From: an uncultured Alphaproteobacteria bacterium
GTDB taxonomy: Bacteria; Pseudomonadota; Alphaproteobacteria; HIMB59; GCA-002718135
Assembly (NCBI GenBank): GCA_902590695.1
Contig: CACIXR010000002.1
Coordinates: 132,336-196,335 of the forward strand
Length of the DNA: 64,000 bases
Direction: 5' to 3'
A program made the position numbers and the translations under genes. Shown one piece after another: positions 37,637-46,986 of this stretch. The notes under the pieces are model-generated. The model ran no database searches. It was not told where the DNA came from and saw only the letters and a list, made by a program, of their open reading frames with translations. Position 1 is the first letter of the stretch; each line of letters starts with the position of its first letter.

Positions 37637-38866
37637 GTGAAGAACATTGCTGTTATAGGTGCTGGTATAGTTGGTATATGTAGTGCATATTTTTTAAAAA
37701 AATCTGGATTTAATGTAACTTTAATTGACAGGGAAAAGCCTGGCTCAATGACAAGTTTTGGGCATGCTTGTACTTTTGCAGACTATGCAAATGTTCCTGT
37801 AAATTATCCTGGATTGATTTGGGATATACCATCAATGCTCTTAAGAAAAGATGGACCTTTGGCAGTTGATTTTTTTTATATTTTAAAGAACTTGCCTTGG
37901 GCAATAAGTTTTTTAAAAAACTGTAAAAAAGAAAAAGTTAATGAAATAGCAAACTCTCTCACCAACCTATTAAAACACTCACAAATATCTTACGATGAAA
38001 TCTTTCAAGATGTAAATGTAAAAGAATATATTAGCTATGAAGAAAATCTTTATCTTTTTGATTCAAAAAAATCTTATGAAAATTATGAATATGCAAACAT
38101 TATTAGAAAAAATAATAACGTTAGAGTAAGAAATTTAAATAAAGATGAAGTTAAAGAATTAGAACCAAATTTAGCTGATGTTTATTATTCTGGTCAAGTC
38201 TTTACTGGATCGAGACACACAACAAACCCATTAGCAATAAGTAATAAAATTTTTAAAAAGTTTTTAGAATTAGGTGGTATTTATGTAAATCAAAATATAA
38301 AAAATTTAACGCAGAAAGAAAAAAATATTGAATTATTTTTAGAAAATAAAAAACTTTATTTTGATAAAATAATCGTAAGTGCTGGTGCTTGGTCCAATCA
38401 AATTGCAAATAAACTTGGAGATAAATTCCCTCTTGATACCGAAAGAGGATATCACCTTTTATTTGAAACTGATGAGAAATTAATAAATCGTCCTGTTGCT
38501 TGGTCTGAATCTGGATTTTACTTAATACAAATTCATGATGGTATAAGAGCTGCGGGCACAGTTGAAATAGCAGGTTTAAATAAACCACCTAATAAAAAAC
38601 GTCTTGAAATGATAGAAAGACAATCAAGAAAGGTTTTGCCCCAATTGAAAGAAGTAAGATCAACATGGATGGGTAGAAGACCTACTTTACCAGACTCATT
38701 ACCAGTTATTGGAAAGTCTCGCAAAAATAATAATGTTATTTATGCATTTGGACATCAACATATTGGCTGGACTTTAGGAGCTGTTACGGGAAAAATTATT
38801 GATAGTTTATCAAAAGATCAACTGCCAAATATAGACATTAGTGATTATTCTCCTAGTCGATTTTAA
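37637..38866 (+). CDS. FAD-dependent oxidoreductase (D-amino-acid dehydrogenase DadA-like)
   Basis: N-terminal KNIAVIGAGIVGICSAYFL. Start moved to GTG 37637, just after the potC-like stop; the ORF-track start at 37580 overlaps the permease gene. Confidence 0.8.
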   Translation: MKNIAVIGAGIVGICSAYFLKKSGFNVTLIDREKPGSMTSFGHACTFADYANVPVNYPGLIWDIPSMLLRKDGPLAVDFFYILKNLPWAISFLKNCKKEKVNEIANSLTNLLKHSQISYDEIFQDVNVKEYISYEENLYLFDSKKSYENYEYANIIRKNNNVRVRNLNKDEVKELEPNLADVYYSGQVFTGSRHTTNPLAISNKIFKKFLELGGIYVNQNIKNLTQKEKNIELFLENKKLYFDKIIVSAGAWSNQIANKLGDKFPLDTERGYHLLFETDEKLINRPVAWSESGFYLIQIHDGIRAAGTVEIAGLNKPPNKKRLEMIERQSRKVLPQLKEVRSTWMGRRPTLPDSLPVIGKSRKNNNVIYAFGHQHIGWTLGAVTGKIIDSLSKDQLPNIDISDYSPSRF

Positions 38867-40296
38867 CCTAAACTAATACCAACATTTTTGACTTGAAGAT
38901 AAGATTTAAGCCCATCTACTCCTTTTTCACGGCTATATCCTGATTGTTTGTAACCTCCAAAAGGAGTTGCATGATTTCCGGTAAACCATTTATTTACATA
39001 TACTTGACCAGCTTCTAATTTGCTTGCAGTCCAAGATGCTTTTTTAAGATCTTTTGTAAATACACCAGCACCTAAACCATACTCAGTATCATTAGCAATA
39101 TCAATTGCTTCTTCTTGATCTTCATATTCAAGAACTGAGAGTACCGGACCAAAAATTTCTTCTCTGGCTACAGTCATACTTTGTTTAACATTGTTTAGAA
39201 CTGTTGGTTCCATAAAATATCCATCACGTTCTAATCTTTTTCCTCCATATGCCGCTTCTGCTCCTTCTTGGATTCCTGATCTTGCATAACCTTCAACTTT
39301 TTGAAGCTGATTTTCTGATATAACTGGAGTTAGGTCTGTATCTTTTTCTATACCAGGTCCAATTTTTAACGACTTACTCATATCAACAAGCTTATCTACT
39401 AATTCATCTTTGATTGATTTATGAACTACCAATCTAGACATCGCTGTACAAATTTGTCCTGCAACACTAAATATTCCTGAACGTGCACTCTCTAAAACTT
39501 CATTTAGATCTGCGTCAGGGTATACTATACCAGCTGACTTACCACCTAATTCAACTACAGCAGGTATAGCTTTGTCAGCACAAGCATGAAGTATCTTTTT
39601 TCCAGTTGCAACTGAGCCTGTAAATACTACGTGATTTACATCTTCATGAGATACAAGATAAGATCCTGCTTCATTCCCATATCCACAAATTATGTTTATT
39701 AATCCTTCAGGTACTCCAGCATTTTGTATTGCTTTAGCAAAAACTGTTGCTGACAAGGGGGTTAATTCTGCAGTTTTTATTATTGTTGAATTTCCTGTAG
39801 CAAAAGAACATGACAGTGATCTTCCAATCATTGATAATGGAAAATTCCATGGCACAACATGTGCTGATACACCAAATGGTTCTAAAACTGTGTAATCAAA
39901 AACATTTTTTGCAACAGGTATTGTTTTACCCTCAAGTTTATCTGTTAAGCCTGCATAATAATCAAACATATCTGCTACATCATTGAATTCTTTAATTGCT
40001 GAAGCAATATTTTTTCCATTTTCATAACAAAGAAGTTCTCCTCCTTCTTTTGCAACTTTTCTTGTCTCTTCCGCAATTTTTCTCATTAATTTTGCTCTTG
40101 TAAGCAATGGCATATCTACAAGTACTCTATTGTTATAAGAATTCTTTGCTGCTTCTACAGCAAGATCAACATCATTTTTTTTTGCACATGAAATTTCACC
40201 AATGACTTTACCATTTGAAGGATCATCAACTTTTATTGTTTCTTTTGATTCGCTACTAATCCATTTTCCGTCAATAAAATTTTTATACTGTTGCAT
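38863..40296 (-). CDS. NAD(P)-dependent aldehyde dehydrogenase
   Basis: 477 aa. FIDGKW, VVPWNFP, ELGGKSA and catalytic GQICTAMSR. Overlaps the convergent gene by 4 nt. Confidence 0.9.
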   Translation of the reverse strand: MQQYKNFIDGKWISSESKETIKVDDPSNGKVIGEISCAKKNDVDLAVEAAKNSYNNRVLVDMPLLTRAKLMRKIAEETRKVAKEGGELLCYENGKNIASAIKEFNDVADMFDYYAGLTDKLEGKTIPVAKNVFDYTVLEPFGVSAHVVPWNFPLSMIGRSLSCSFATGNSTIIKTAELTPLSATVFAKAIQNAGVPEGLINIICGYGNEAGSYLVSHEDVNHVVFTGSVATGKKILHACADKAIPAVVELGGKSAGIVYPDADLNEVLESARSGIFSVAGQICTAMSRLVVHKSIKDELVDKLVDMSKSLKIGPGIEKDTDLTPVISENQLQKVEGYARSGIQEGAEAAYGGKRLERDGYFMEPTVLNNVKQSMTVAREEIFGPVLSVLEYEDQEEAIDIANDTEYGLGAGVFTKDLKKASWTASKLEAGQVYVNKWFTGNHATPFGGYKQSGYSREKGVDGLKSYLQVKNVGISLG

Positions 40297-40356
40297 GATT
40301 GTCTCTTTAAATTTTTTCCTTTATTCTATAATTATCTATAGTAACATAAATTATAA

Positions 40357-40866
40357 ATGCCAAGTATAATAAAATATTATGTAAAAACGATAGATTTCAT
40401 CAGTTTGAAAACTGGACGAGCAACTATGTATCTAGTTTTTGTAATGATGTTTATTTTAATTTTATCTTTTGTAACCAGAAATATTATTAACATTCCACTT
40501 ATATGGATTATTGAAATGGCTCAGTTTGTTATGACAGGTTATTATTTATTAGGTGGAGGATATTCAATGCTTACAGACGATCATGTAAGAATGGATCTTA
40601 TTTATAGTAAACTTAAAGATAAAACTAAGGCATTATTGGATTCTTTAACAAGTGTGTTTTTAATTTTTTATCTTGTTGTTCTTTTAATTGGTTCAATTTC
40701 TAGTTTAACTTATACTTTAGAAACTAATCAAAGATTATTTACAGCGTGGGCACCTTATGTTTGGCCTATCAAATCTATAATGACTTTTGGTATTTTATTA
40801 ATGCTTCTTCAATCAATTGCAATTTTTTTCAAGGATATTGCAAAAGTATTAAATAGAGAAATTTGA
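40357..40866 (+). CDS. TRAP transporter small permease (DctQ-like)
   Basis: 169 aa, 4 TM, immediately upstream of the DctM-like gene. Confidence 0.8.
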   Translation: MPSIIKYYVKTIDFISLKTGRATMYLVFVMMFILILSFVTRNIINIPLIWIIEMAQFVMTGYYLLGGGYSMLTDDHVRMDLIYSKLKDKTKALLDSLTSVFLIFYLVVLLIGSISSLTYTLETNQRLFTAWAPYVWPIKSIMTFGILLMLLQSIAIFFKDIAKVLNREI

Positions 40867-42203
40867 TGATTGCAGATCTAGTAAGCTATGAAACAATTGC
40901 AATAACTATGTTTGCAACAATGTTGCTGATGTTATTGACTGGGCAAAGAGTATTCGGAGCAATAGGTTTCGTTGCAGCAATGGCTGCATTATTATTATGG
41001 GGTGATGGCGCAGTTGAAATGCCTTACACTGCAGCATGGAAATTATTCAAATGGTATCCAATGCTTACATTACCATTATTCATTTACATGGGATATATGA
41101 TATCTGAATCTGGTATTGCCGATGATCTTTATAGAATGTTTCATGTTTATTTTGGCGGTATAAAAGGTGGTTTAGCAATTGGCACAATGGGAATGATGGT
41201 TGCTATATCTGCAATGAATGGTCTGAGTGTTGCAGGAATGGCAATTGGAGCCACCATTGCTTTACCAGCAATGTTAAAACTTGGTTATGATAAAAGAATG
41301 ATAACTGGTGTTGTCCAAGCAGGAAGCTCTTTAGGAATTTTAGTTCCACCTAGTGTTGTTCTTGTTTTATATGGAATGATTGCTAGGCAACCTGTTAGTA
41401 AATTATGGCTTGCTGGCATTATTCCTGGAATAATGATGGCAACATTATTTATTTTATACATTTACATAAGATGTAAGCTCCAACCTGAACTAGGTCCAGC
41501 TCTTCCAAAGGAAGAAAGACAAATTTCAAAAACTGAAAAAATGAAATTGTTACAGGCAGGCTTAATACCTTTTGCAATTTTCTTTTCAATGACTGGATTA
41601 TTTTTAATGGGTATCGCAAGTCTAGTGGAATGTTCTGCAGTAGGTGCATTTGGTGCAACTCTGGCAGCATTAGTTAAAGGTAAATTAAATTGGCCTGTGA
41701 TTGAAAATACTTTGAAAAAAACTTTAGGTGTTTCGTGTATGTTTATGTGGATAATCTTAGCTGCTTTAAGCTTTGGAGCAGTATTTGATGGTATAGGGGC
41801 AGTGAGAGCTATTGAAACTCTATTCATAGAAAGATGGAACCTAAGTCCTTGGGGTGTTTTAATAATGATGCAGCTGTCTTACATTTTAATGGGAATGTTT
41901 TTAGATGATACAGCAATGTTAGTAATCGTTGCACCTTTATATGTTCCCTTAATAATTGCATTGGGTTTTAATCCAATTTGGTATGGGGTTTTGTATACAA
42001 TTACATGTCAAATTGCATATATGACTCCACCATTTGGATATAATTTATTTTTAATGCGAGCAATGGCTCCTAAAGAAATTGATCTCATAGATATCTACAG
42101 ATCAATTATTCCATTTGTTTTAGTTATGTGTTTAGGTTTAGCTATAGTTATGATTTTTCCTGAAATTGCAACTTGGCTTCCTGATTATGTGTCTAGAAGA
42201 TAA
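40866..42203 (+). CDS. TRAP transporter large permease (DctM-like)
   Basis: About 445 aa, polytopic. The ATG at 40866 overlaps the dctQ TGA stop (TGATG). Confidence 0.9.
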   Translation: MIADLVSYETIAITMFATMLLMLLTGQRVFGAIGFVAAMAALLLWGDGAVEMPYTAAWKLFKWYPMLTLPLFIYMGYMISESGIADDLYRMFHVYFGGIKGGLAIGTMGMMVAISAMNGLSVAGMAIGATIALPAMLKLGYDKRMITGVVQAGSSLGILVPPSVVLVLYGMIARQPVSKLWLAGIIPGIMMATLFILYIYIRCKLQPELGPALPKEERQISKTEKMKLLQAGLIPFAIFFSMTGLFLMGIASLVECSAVGAFGATLAALVKGKLNWPVIENTLKKTLGVSCMFMWIILAALSFGAVFDGIGAVRAIETLFIERWNLSPWGVLIMMQLSYILMGMFLDDTAMLVIVAPLYVPLIIALGFNPIWYGVLYTITCQIAYMTPPFGYNLFLMRAMAPKEIDLIDIYRSIIPFVLVMCLGLAIVMIFPEIATWLPDYVSRR

Positions 42204-42300
42204 TTAATTTGTTTATAAAGTATCGCTAATTTTCTTGATTTATATTTTTTAAAATAGTTAAATCACTTATTATTTCAATTTACTTTTGAAAGGAGGTATT

Positions 42301-43371
42301 ATGAAAAATAAAAAAAATCTCACTAAAAGACGTGAGTTTTTAAAAAAAGCTGGATTAATATCTGCTGGCGCAATTGGGGCTTCAACTTTAGCAGCTCCGT
42401 ATGGTTATGCAGCAACTAATCCTATTAAATGGAGACTACAAACATATTCAGGTGCACCATTAGGAGCACATGTAGTTCTTCCTCAAATTGAAGCATTTAA
42501 TAAAGCTGCCCATGGTGAAATGGAAATCGAACTTTTTTATGCTGATCAATTAGTACCTACAGATGAGCTATTTAGAGCTATGCAAGCTGGAACCATTGAT
42601 GCTGTTCAGAGTGATGATGCTACAATGGGATCGCCAGTAGATATATCTGTTTTTGGAGGATATTTTCCATTTGCAACAAGGTATAGCTTGGATGTGCCAG
42701 CAATGTTTAAATATTATGGTCTAGATGAAATTTGGGCAGAGGCATATGGAGAAGTAAGAGATGTGACATGGTTAAGTACTTCTGCTTGGGATCCATGTCA
42801 TTTATTTACAGTAGATAAAAAAATTACCTCACTTGCTGATATGAAAGGTTTACGAGTTTTTGGTGTTCCGACAGCTGGTCGTTTCTTAGCACAGTATGGC
42901 TTAATTCCTGTAATTGTCCCTTGGGATGATGTTGAAGTTGCAATGCAAACAGGCGAGCTTGATGGTGTATGTTGGTGTGGATTTACTGAAGCTTATGAGG
43001 TTGGTTGGGCTGATATTTGTAATTATGCGTTAACTAATTCTGTAACAGGTGCTTGGTTTGGTTCATACTTTGCCAATTCTAAAAGTTGGGAAAAACTGTC
43101 ACCCAAACTTCAAGAATTATTTAAGATGTCTATTGATCAATCTCATTACTATAGACAAGTTTGGTATTGGGGTGGAGAAGCAGACTTAAGGGTAAATGGT
43201 AAAAAAATGGAACTTACTAGTCTACCAGCAAATGAATGGTCAGGAGTTGTAAAAGATGCTGAAAAATTCTGGGATGATGTAGCTAGTTCAAGCCCTAGAA
43301 GTGGTAAAGTTGTAGATGCATTCAAATTATATGCATCAACAATGGATAAAGCAGGATATCCTTATAGATAA
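42301..43371 (+). CDS. TRAP transporter periplasmic substrate-binding protein with Tat-type signal
   Basis: The ATG at 42301 is preceded by AGGAGG. Twin-arginine signal KRREFLKKAGLISAGAIGASTLAAPYGYA. Composition is GC-richer than its neighbours. Confidence 0.8.
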   Translation: MKNKKNLTKRREFLKKAGLISAGAIGASTLAAPYGYAATNPIKWRLQTYSGAPLGAHVVLPQIEAFNKAAHGEMEIELFYADQLVPTDELFRAMQAGTIDAVQSDDATMGSPVDISVFGGYFPFATRYSLDVPAMFKYYGLDEIWAEAYGEVRDVTWLSTSAWDPCHLFTVDKKITSLADMKGLRVFGVPTAGRFLAQYGLIPVIVPWDDVEVAMQTGELDGVCWCGFTEAYEVGWADICNYALTNSVTGAWFGSYFANSKSWEKLSPKLQELFKMSIDQSHYYRQVWYWGGEADLRVNGKKMELTSLPANEWSGVVKDAEKFWDDVASSSPRSGKVVDAFKLYASTMDKAGYPYR

Positions 43372-43380
43372 TAATTTTAA

Positions 43381-43409
43381 TCCAGCACTTTAAAAGTGCT
43401 GGATTTTTT
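43381..43409 (+). terminator. Rho-independent terminator after the TRAP SBP gene
   Basis: TCCAGCAC-TTTAAAA-GTGCTGGA followed by TTTTTT, read directly from the sequence. Confidence 0.75.
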
Positions 43410-43422
43410 CGAGGCTAACTTA

Positions 43423-44781
43423 ATGACAATTACTTTTAACGATCTAAAAAAAGCTATCAAAAATGATGAAATTGATACGGTTTTAGTTTGTGTGTCAGAT
43501 ATGCAGGGAAGATTAAATGGTAAAAGAGTTACTGGCAAAGCATTTATAGATTACGTACATAAAGAAACACATATGTGTGATTATCTTTATACAGTTGATA
43601 TGGATATGTTTACTGTTCCTGGATATAAATCTTCTTCATGGGAAACTGGGTATGGCGACATGACTGTAATCCCCGACTTGAAATCAATAAAAATTGCAAC
43701 TTGGTTAGAAAAAACAGCTATTGTAATTTGTGATTGCCTTGACCATCATGGAAAAAAACCGCTTGTTCATTCAACTAGACAAATTTTAAAAGATGTTATT
43801 GCTAAGGCAAATAAAATGGGGTTTGATCCTATGATTGGATCAGAATTAGAATTTTTTTTATTTGACCAAACCTATGATGAAATTCACAATAATAATTATA
43901 AAAATTTAAAAGAGTCATCTTGGTACATACAAGATTATATGATTTTCCAAACAACTAAGGAAGAAGATGTTATGAGAGAGTTAAGAAATTCTCTCCTCAA
44001 ATCTGGAATTTATGTTGAATGTTCAAAGGGTGAGGCAGCTCCTGGACAAGAAGAAATAAATGTTGTCTTCACAGACGCATTAAATATGGCAGATAATCAC
44101 ATTTTGATTAAAAATGCTGCTAAAGAAATTGCTTATAAGAAAAATAAAGCAGTCACATTTATGGCAAAATATAAAGAGAATGTAGGTGGCAGTTCTTGTC
44201 ATGTTCATAATTCACTCTTTGATAAGAAAACAAAAAAAAATATTTTTTATAATTCAAAGGATAAATTTGGAATGTCAGATATATTCAAAAGTTATGTTGC
44301 TGGTCAGATAAAATTTTTATCTGATATTTCTATTTTTTTAGCACCAAACATAAATTCTTATAAAAGATTCCAAGAGGGGTCTTTCGCTCCAACAAAGTCA
44401 GTTTGGGGTATAGATAATAGAACTGCTGGTTTTAGATTAGCGGGTCATGGTTCTTCAATAAGAATAGAGTGTAGAGTACCAGGAGCAGATGTAAATCCTT
44501 ATTTAGCTTTTGCTGCACTTGTCGGTGCTGGATTGTATGGAATAAAAAATAAACTTAAACTGGAGGAACCTTACAGTGGGAATATCTATGAAAAAAAAGT
44601 AAGAGAAGTTCCAAAGACATTAAATGCAGCAATTCAATTAGCAAAAAAATCAAAATTATTACCAGAAATTTTCCATTCTGATGTTTTAGAACATTATATC
44701 CATGCAGCTGAGTGGGAGCAAAAAGATTATGATATATCAGTTAACGACTGGCAGCTTAGAAGATATTTTGAAAGAGGATAA
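43423..44781 (+). CDS. Glutamine synthetase family protein (gamma-glutamyl-amine ligase, PuuA/GmaS-like)
   Basis: GSELEFFLF, NSYKRF and GADVNPYLAFAA motifs. Start moved to ATG 43423, because the ORF-track GTG at 43396 lies inside the terminator stem. Confidence 0.85.
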   Translation: MTITFNDLKKAIKNDEIDTVLVCVSDMQGRLNGKRVTGKAFIDYVHKETHMCDYLYTVDMDMFTVPGYKSSSWETGYGDMTVIPDLKSIKIATWLEKTAIVICDCLDHHGKKPLVHSTRQILKDVIAKANKMGFDPMIGSELEFFLFDQTYDEIHNNNYKNLKESSWYIQDYMIFQTTKEEDVMRELRNSLLKSGIYVECSKGEAAPGQEEINVVFTDALNMADNHILIKNAAKEIAYKKNKAVTFMAKYKENVGGSSCHVHNSLFDKKTKKNIFYNSKDKFGMSDIFKSYVAGQIKFLSDISIFLAPNINSYKRFQEGSFAPTKSVWGIDNRTAGFRLAGHGSSIRIECRVPGADVNPYLAFAALVGAGLYGIKNKLKLEEPYSGNIYEKKVREVPKTLNAAIQLAKKSKLLPEIFHSDVLEHYIHAAEWEQKDYDISVNDWQLRRYFERG

Positions 44782-44783
44782 AA

Positions 44784-45542
44784 TTAAGGTTTAGCCCTAA
44801 GACCCCCGTCGACAATTAATTCAGTACCGGTAACAAAGCTGCTTTCATCGCTTAAAAGAAACATTGTTGAGTTTGCTATATCACTAGGTTGACCAACTCT
44901 TCTAAGTGGTATAACCTTAGATAGATTTTTTTTCGATTCTGGATTTTTTTTCCATCTTTCCTGCATTGGAGTCTCTATTGGTCCTGGCAATATAGAATTT
45001 GATCTTATATTTTTGCTTGCAAACTGAATAGATATTGATTTAGAAAGGCGCAATAAAGCCGCCTTAGATGATCCATAAGCATCTTGAGGTTTATTGTCTC
45101 CAGATAAAGCATCAATAGATGAAATGTGAACTATAGATCCAAATTTATTTTTTTTCATTTGAGGAAGTATACTTTGTAAAATAATTACTATTGAATTAAG
45201 GTTTATAGAAAAAACTTTATTCCATGTGTTTATTTCAATTTTTTCTAAACTTACGTCTTTATCAAACCACAAAACACCTGCTGCATTAATTACATATTCA
45301 ATTTTTTTATATTTTTTCTTTAGTTCTGTTAAACATAAATGTAAATTTGTATAGTCTGATAAATCTATTTTTATAAATTCAACAAATTTATTTAATAGTA
45401 TTTTTTTACTTGGTGTATTTATGTCTAAAATTATGACTTTAATTTTATTTTTGATTAATTTTTCTACTATTGATAATCCAATTCCACCAGAGCCACCAGT
45501 AATAAGAGCTGTTCTTCCTGAGAAATTTAATTTCATAAACAA
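44784..45542 (-). CDS. Short-chain dehydrogenase/reductase
   Basis: 252 aa. TGGSGGIGLS, NAAG and YGSSKAA motifs. Confidence 0.85.
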   Translation of the reverse strand: MFMKLNFSGRTALITGGSGGIGLSIVEKLIKNKIKVIILDINTPSKKILLNKFVEFIKIDLSDYTNLHLCLTELKKKYKKIEYVINAAGVLWFDKDVSLEKIEINTWNKVFSINLNSIVIILQSILPQMKKNKFGSIVHISSIDALSGDNKPQDAYGSSKAALLRLSKSISIQFASKNIRSNSILPGPIETPMQERWKKNPESKKNLSKVIPLRRVGQPSDIANSTMFLLSDESSFVTGTELIVDGGLRAKP

Positions 45543-45606
45543 ACTATATATATAATTTAAAAAAATTTAATTGATTTAATTAATTAAAATAACTAAACAA
45601 ATTAAA

Positions 45607-46986
45607 ATGCTTAAAACTGTTAGTCCAATTGATAATTCTATACTTGTAGAAAGAAATTTTGCGACAGATAGTGAAATAGAAACTGTTCTTCAAAATGCTT
45701 ACGAGGCTAGGAAAGAGTGGAAAGAAACTTCTTTACGTGAAAGAAAAGAAATAATTAATAATTTTGTAAAATCATTCCTTTTAAATGATGAAGAAATCAT
45801 TGAAAATTTATGCAAACAAATTGGAAGACCAATTATTCAATGTCCTGGTGAAATGAGAGGTTTTGAAGAAAGAGCAAATTATATGATTGATAACGCTGAT
45901 AGAGCTTTAGAGGATTTGGTATCTAGAAAAGACTCAGAGTTTGATAATTATATAAAAAAGGAACCACTTGGTACAATTTTTGTAATTGCACCTTGGAATT
46001 ATCCGTTTAATACATCTGTTAACTCTATTGTTCCAAGTCTGTTATCAGGTAATACTGTTATTCTAAAACATTCATCTCAAACACCATTATGTGCTGAACA
46101 ATTGTTTGATGCTGCTACCAAAGCATCATTGCCAAAGAATATATTTCAATTTCTTCATTTAAATCATTCATCTACTTCAAAAGTAATTTCTGACTATCGA
46201 ATAAATCATGTTTTATTTACTGGTTCAGTAAGTGGAGGAAGAGAAATAAAAAAATCTATTGGCACAAGATTTATAGGTGCAGGATTAGAACTTGGAGGAA
46301 AAGATCCAGCATATGTGAGAAGTGATTGTAATCTTGAACATGCAATCGAAAATTTAGTTGATGGTTCCTATTTCAATTCAGGTCAATCATGTTGTGGTAT
46401 TGAAAGAATATATATTGATGAAAATATATATGATAAATTTGTAGATGGTTTTAAATCAATTACAGAAAAATATATTTTGGGAAATCCACTAGAAGAAAAT
46501 ACCAATTTAGGACCTGTTGTTAGAATGAATGCAGCAAAATATATTAGAACACAAGTTTCCCAAGCTTTAAACAAAGGTGCTAAAAATATAATTGACTCAA
46601 ATAAATTTAAGGCTGATGATGGAACTAATTGCTATGTTAGTCCTTCAGCTCTTATAAATGTAGATCATTCAATGGAATTTATGAAAGAGGAAACTTTTGG
46701 ACCAACCGTTGGAATAATGAAAGTTAAAAATGAAGAAGATGCTATTAACCTTATGAATGATAGTGTTTATGGATTAACTGCTAGTATTTGGACTTCTGAT
46801 AAAGAGTTTGCACAAAGTATGGGATCTCAAGTAGAGACAGGTACTTTTTTTATGAATAGATGTGATTATCTCGATCCAGGTCTTGCTTGGACAGGAGTAA
46901 AAGATACTGGCATTGGTGTTACTCTTTCAGTTTTAGGTTTTGATCATCTTACTCGAGCAAAAAGTTATCACATAAGGACAATTTAA
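45607..46986 (+). CDS. Aldehyde dehydrogenase (short, YneI/Sad-like size class)
   Basis: 459 aa. APWNYPF, ELGGKDP and catalytic GQSCCGIERIY. Confidence 0.85.
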   Translation: MLKTVSPIDNSILVERNFATDSEIETVLQNAYEARKEWKETSLRERKEIINNFVKSFLLNDEEIIENLCKQIGRPIIQCPGEMRGFEERANYMIDNADRALEDLVSRKDSEFDNYIKKEPLGTIFVIAPWNYPFNTSVNSIVPSLLSGNTVILKHSSQTPLCAEQLFDAATKASLPKNIFQFLHLNHSSTSKVISDYRINHVLFTGSVSGGREIKKSIGTRFIGAGLELGGKDPAYVRSDCNLEHAIENLVDGSYFNSGQSCCGIERIYIDENIYDKFVDGFKSITEKYILGNPLEENTNLGPVVRMNAAKYIRTQVSQALNKGAKNIIDSNKFKADDGTNCYVSPSALINVDHSMEFMKEETFGPTVGIMKVKNEEDAINLMNDSVYGLTASIWTSDKEFAQSMGSQVETGTFFMNRCDYLDPGLAWTGVKDTGIGVTLSVLGFDHLTRAKSYHIRTI

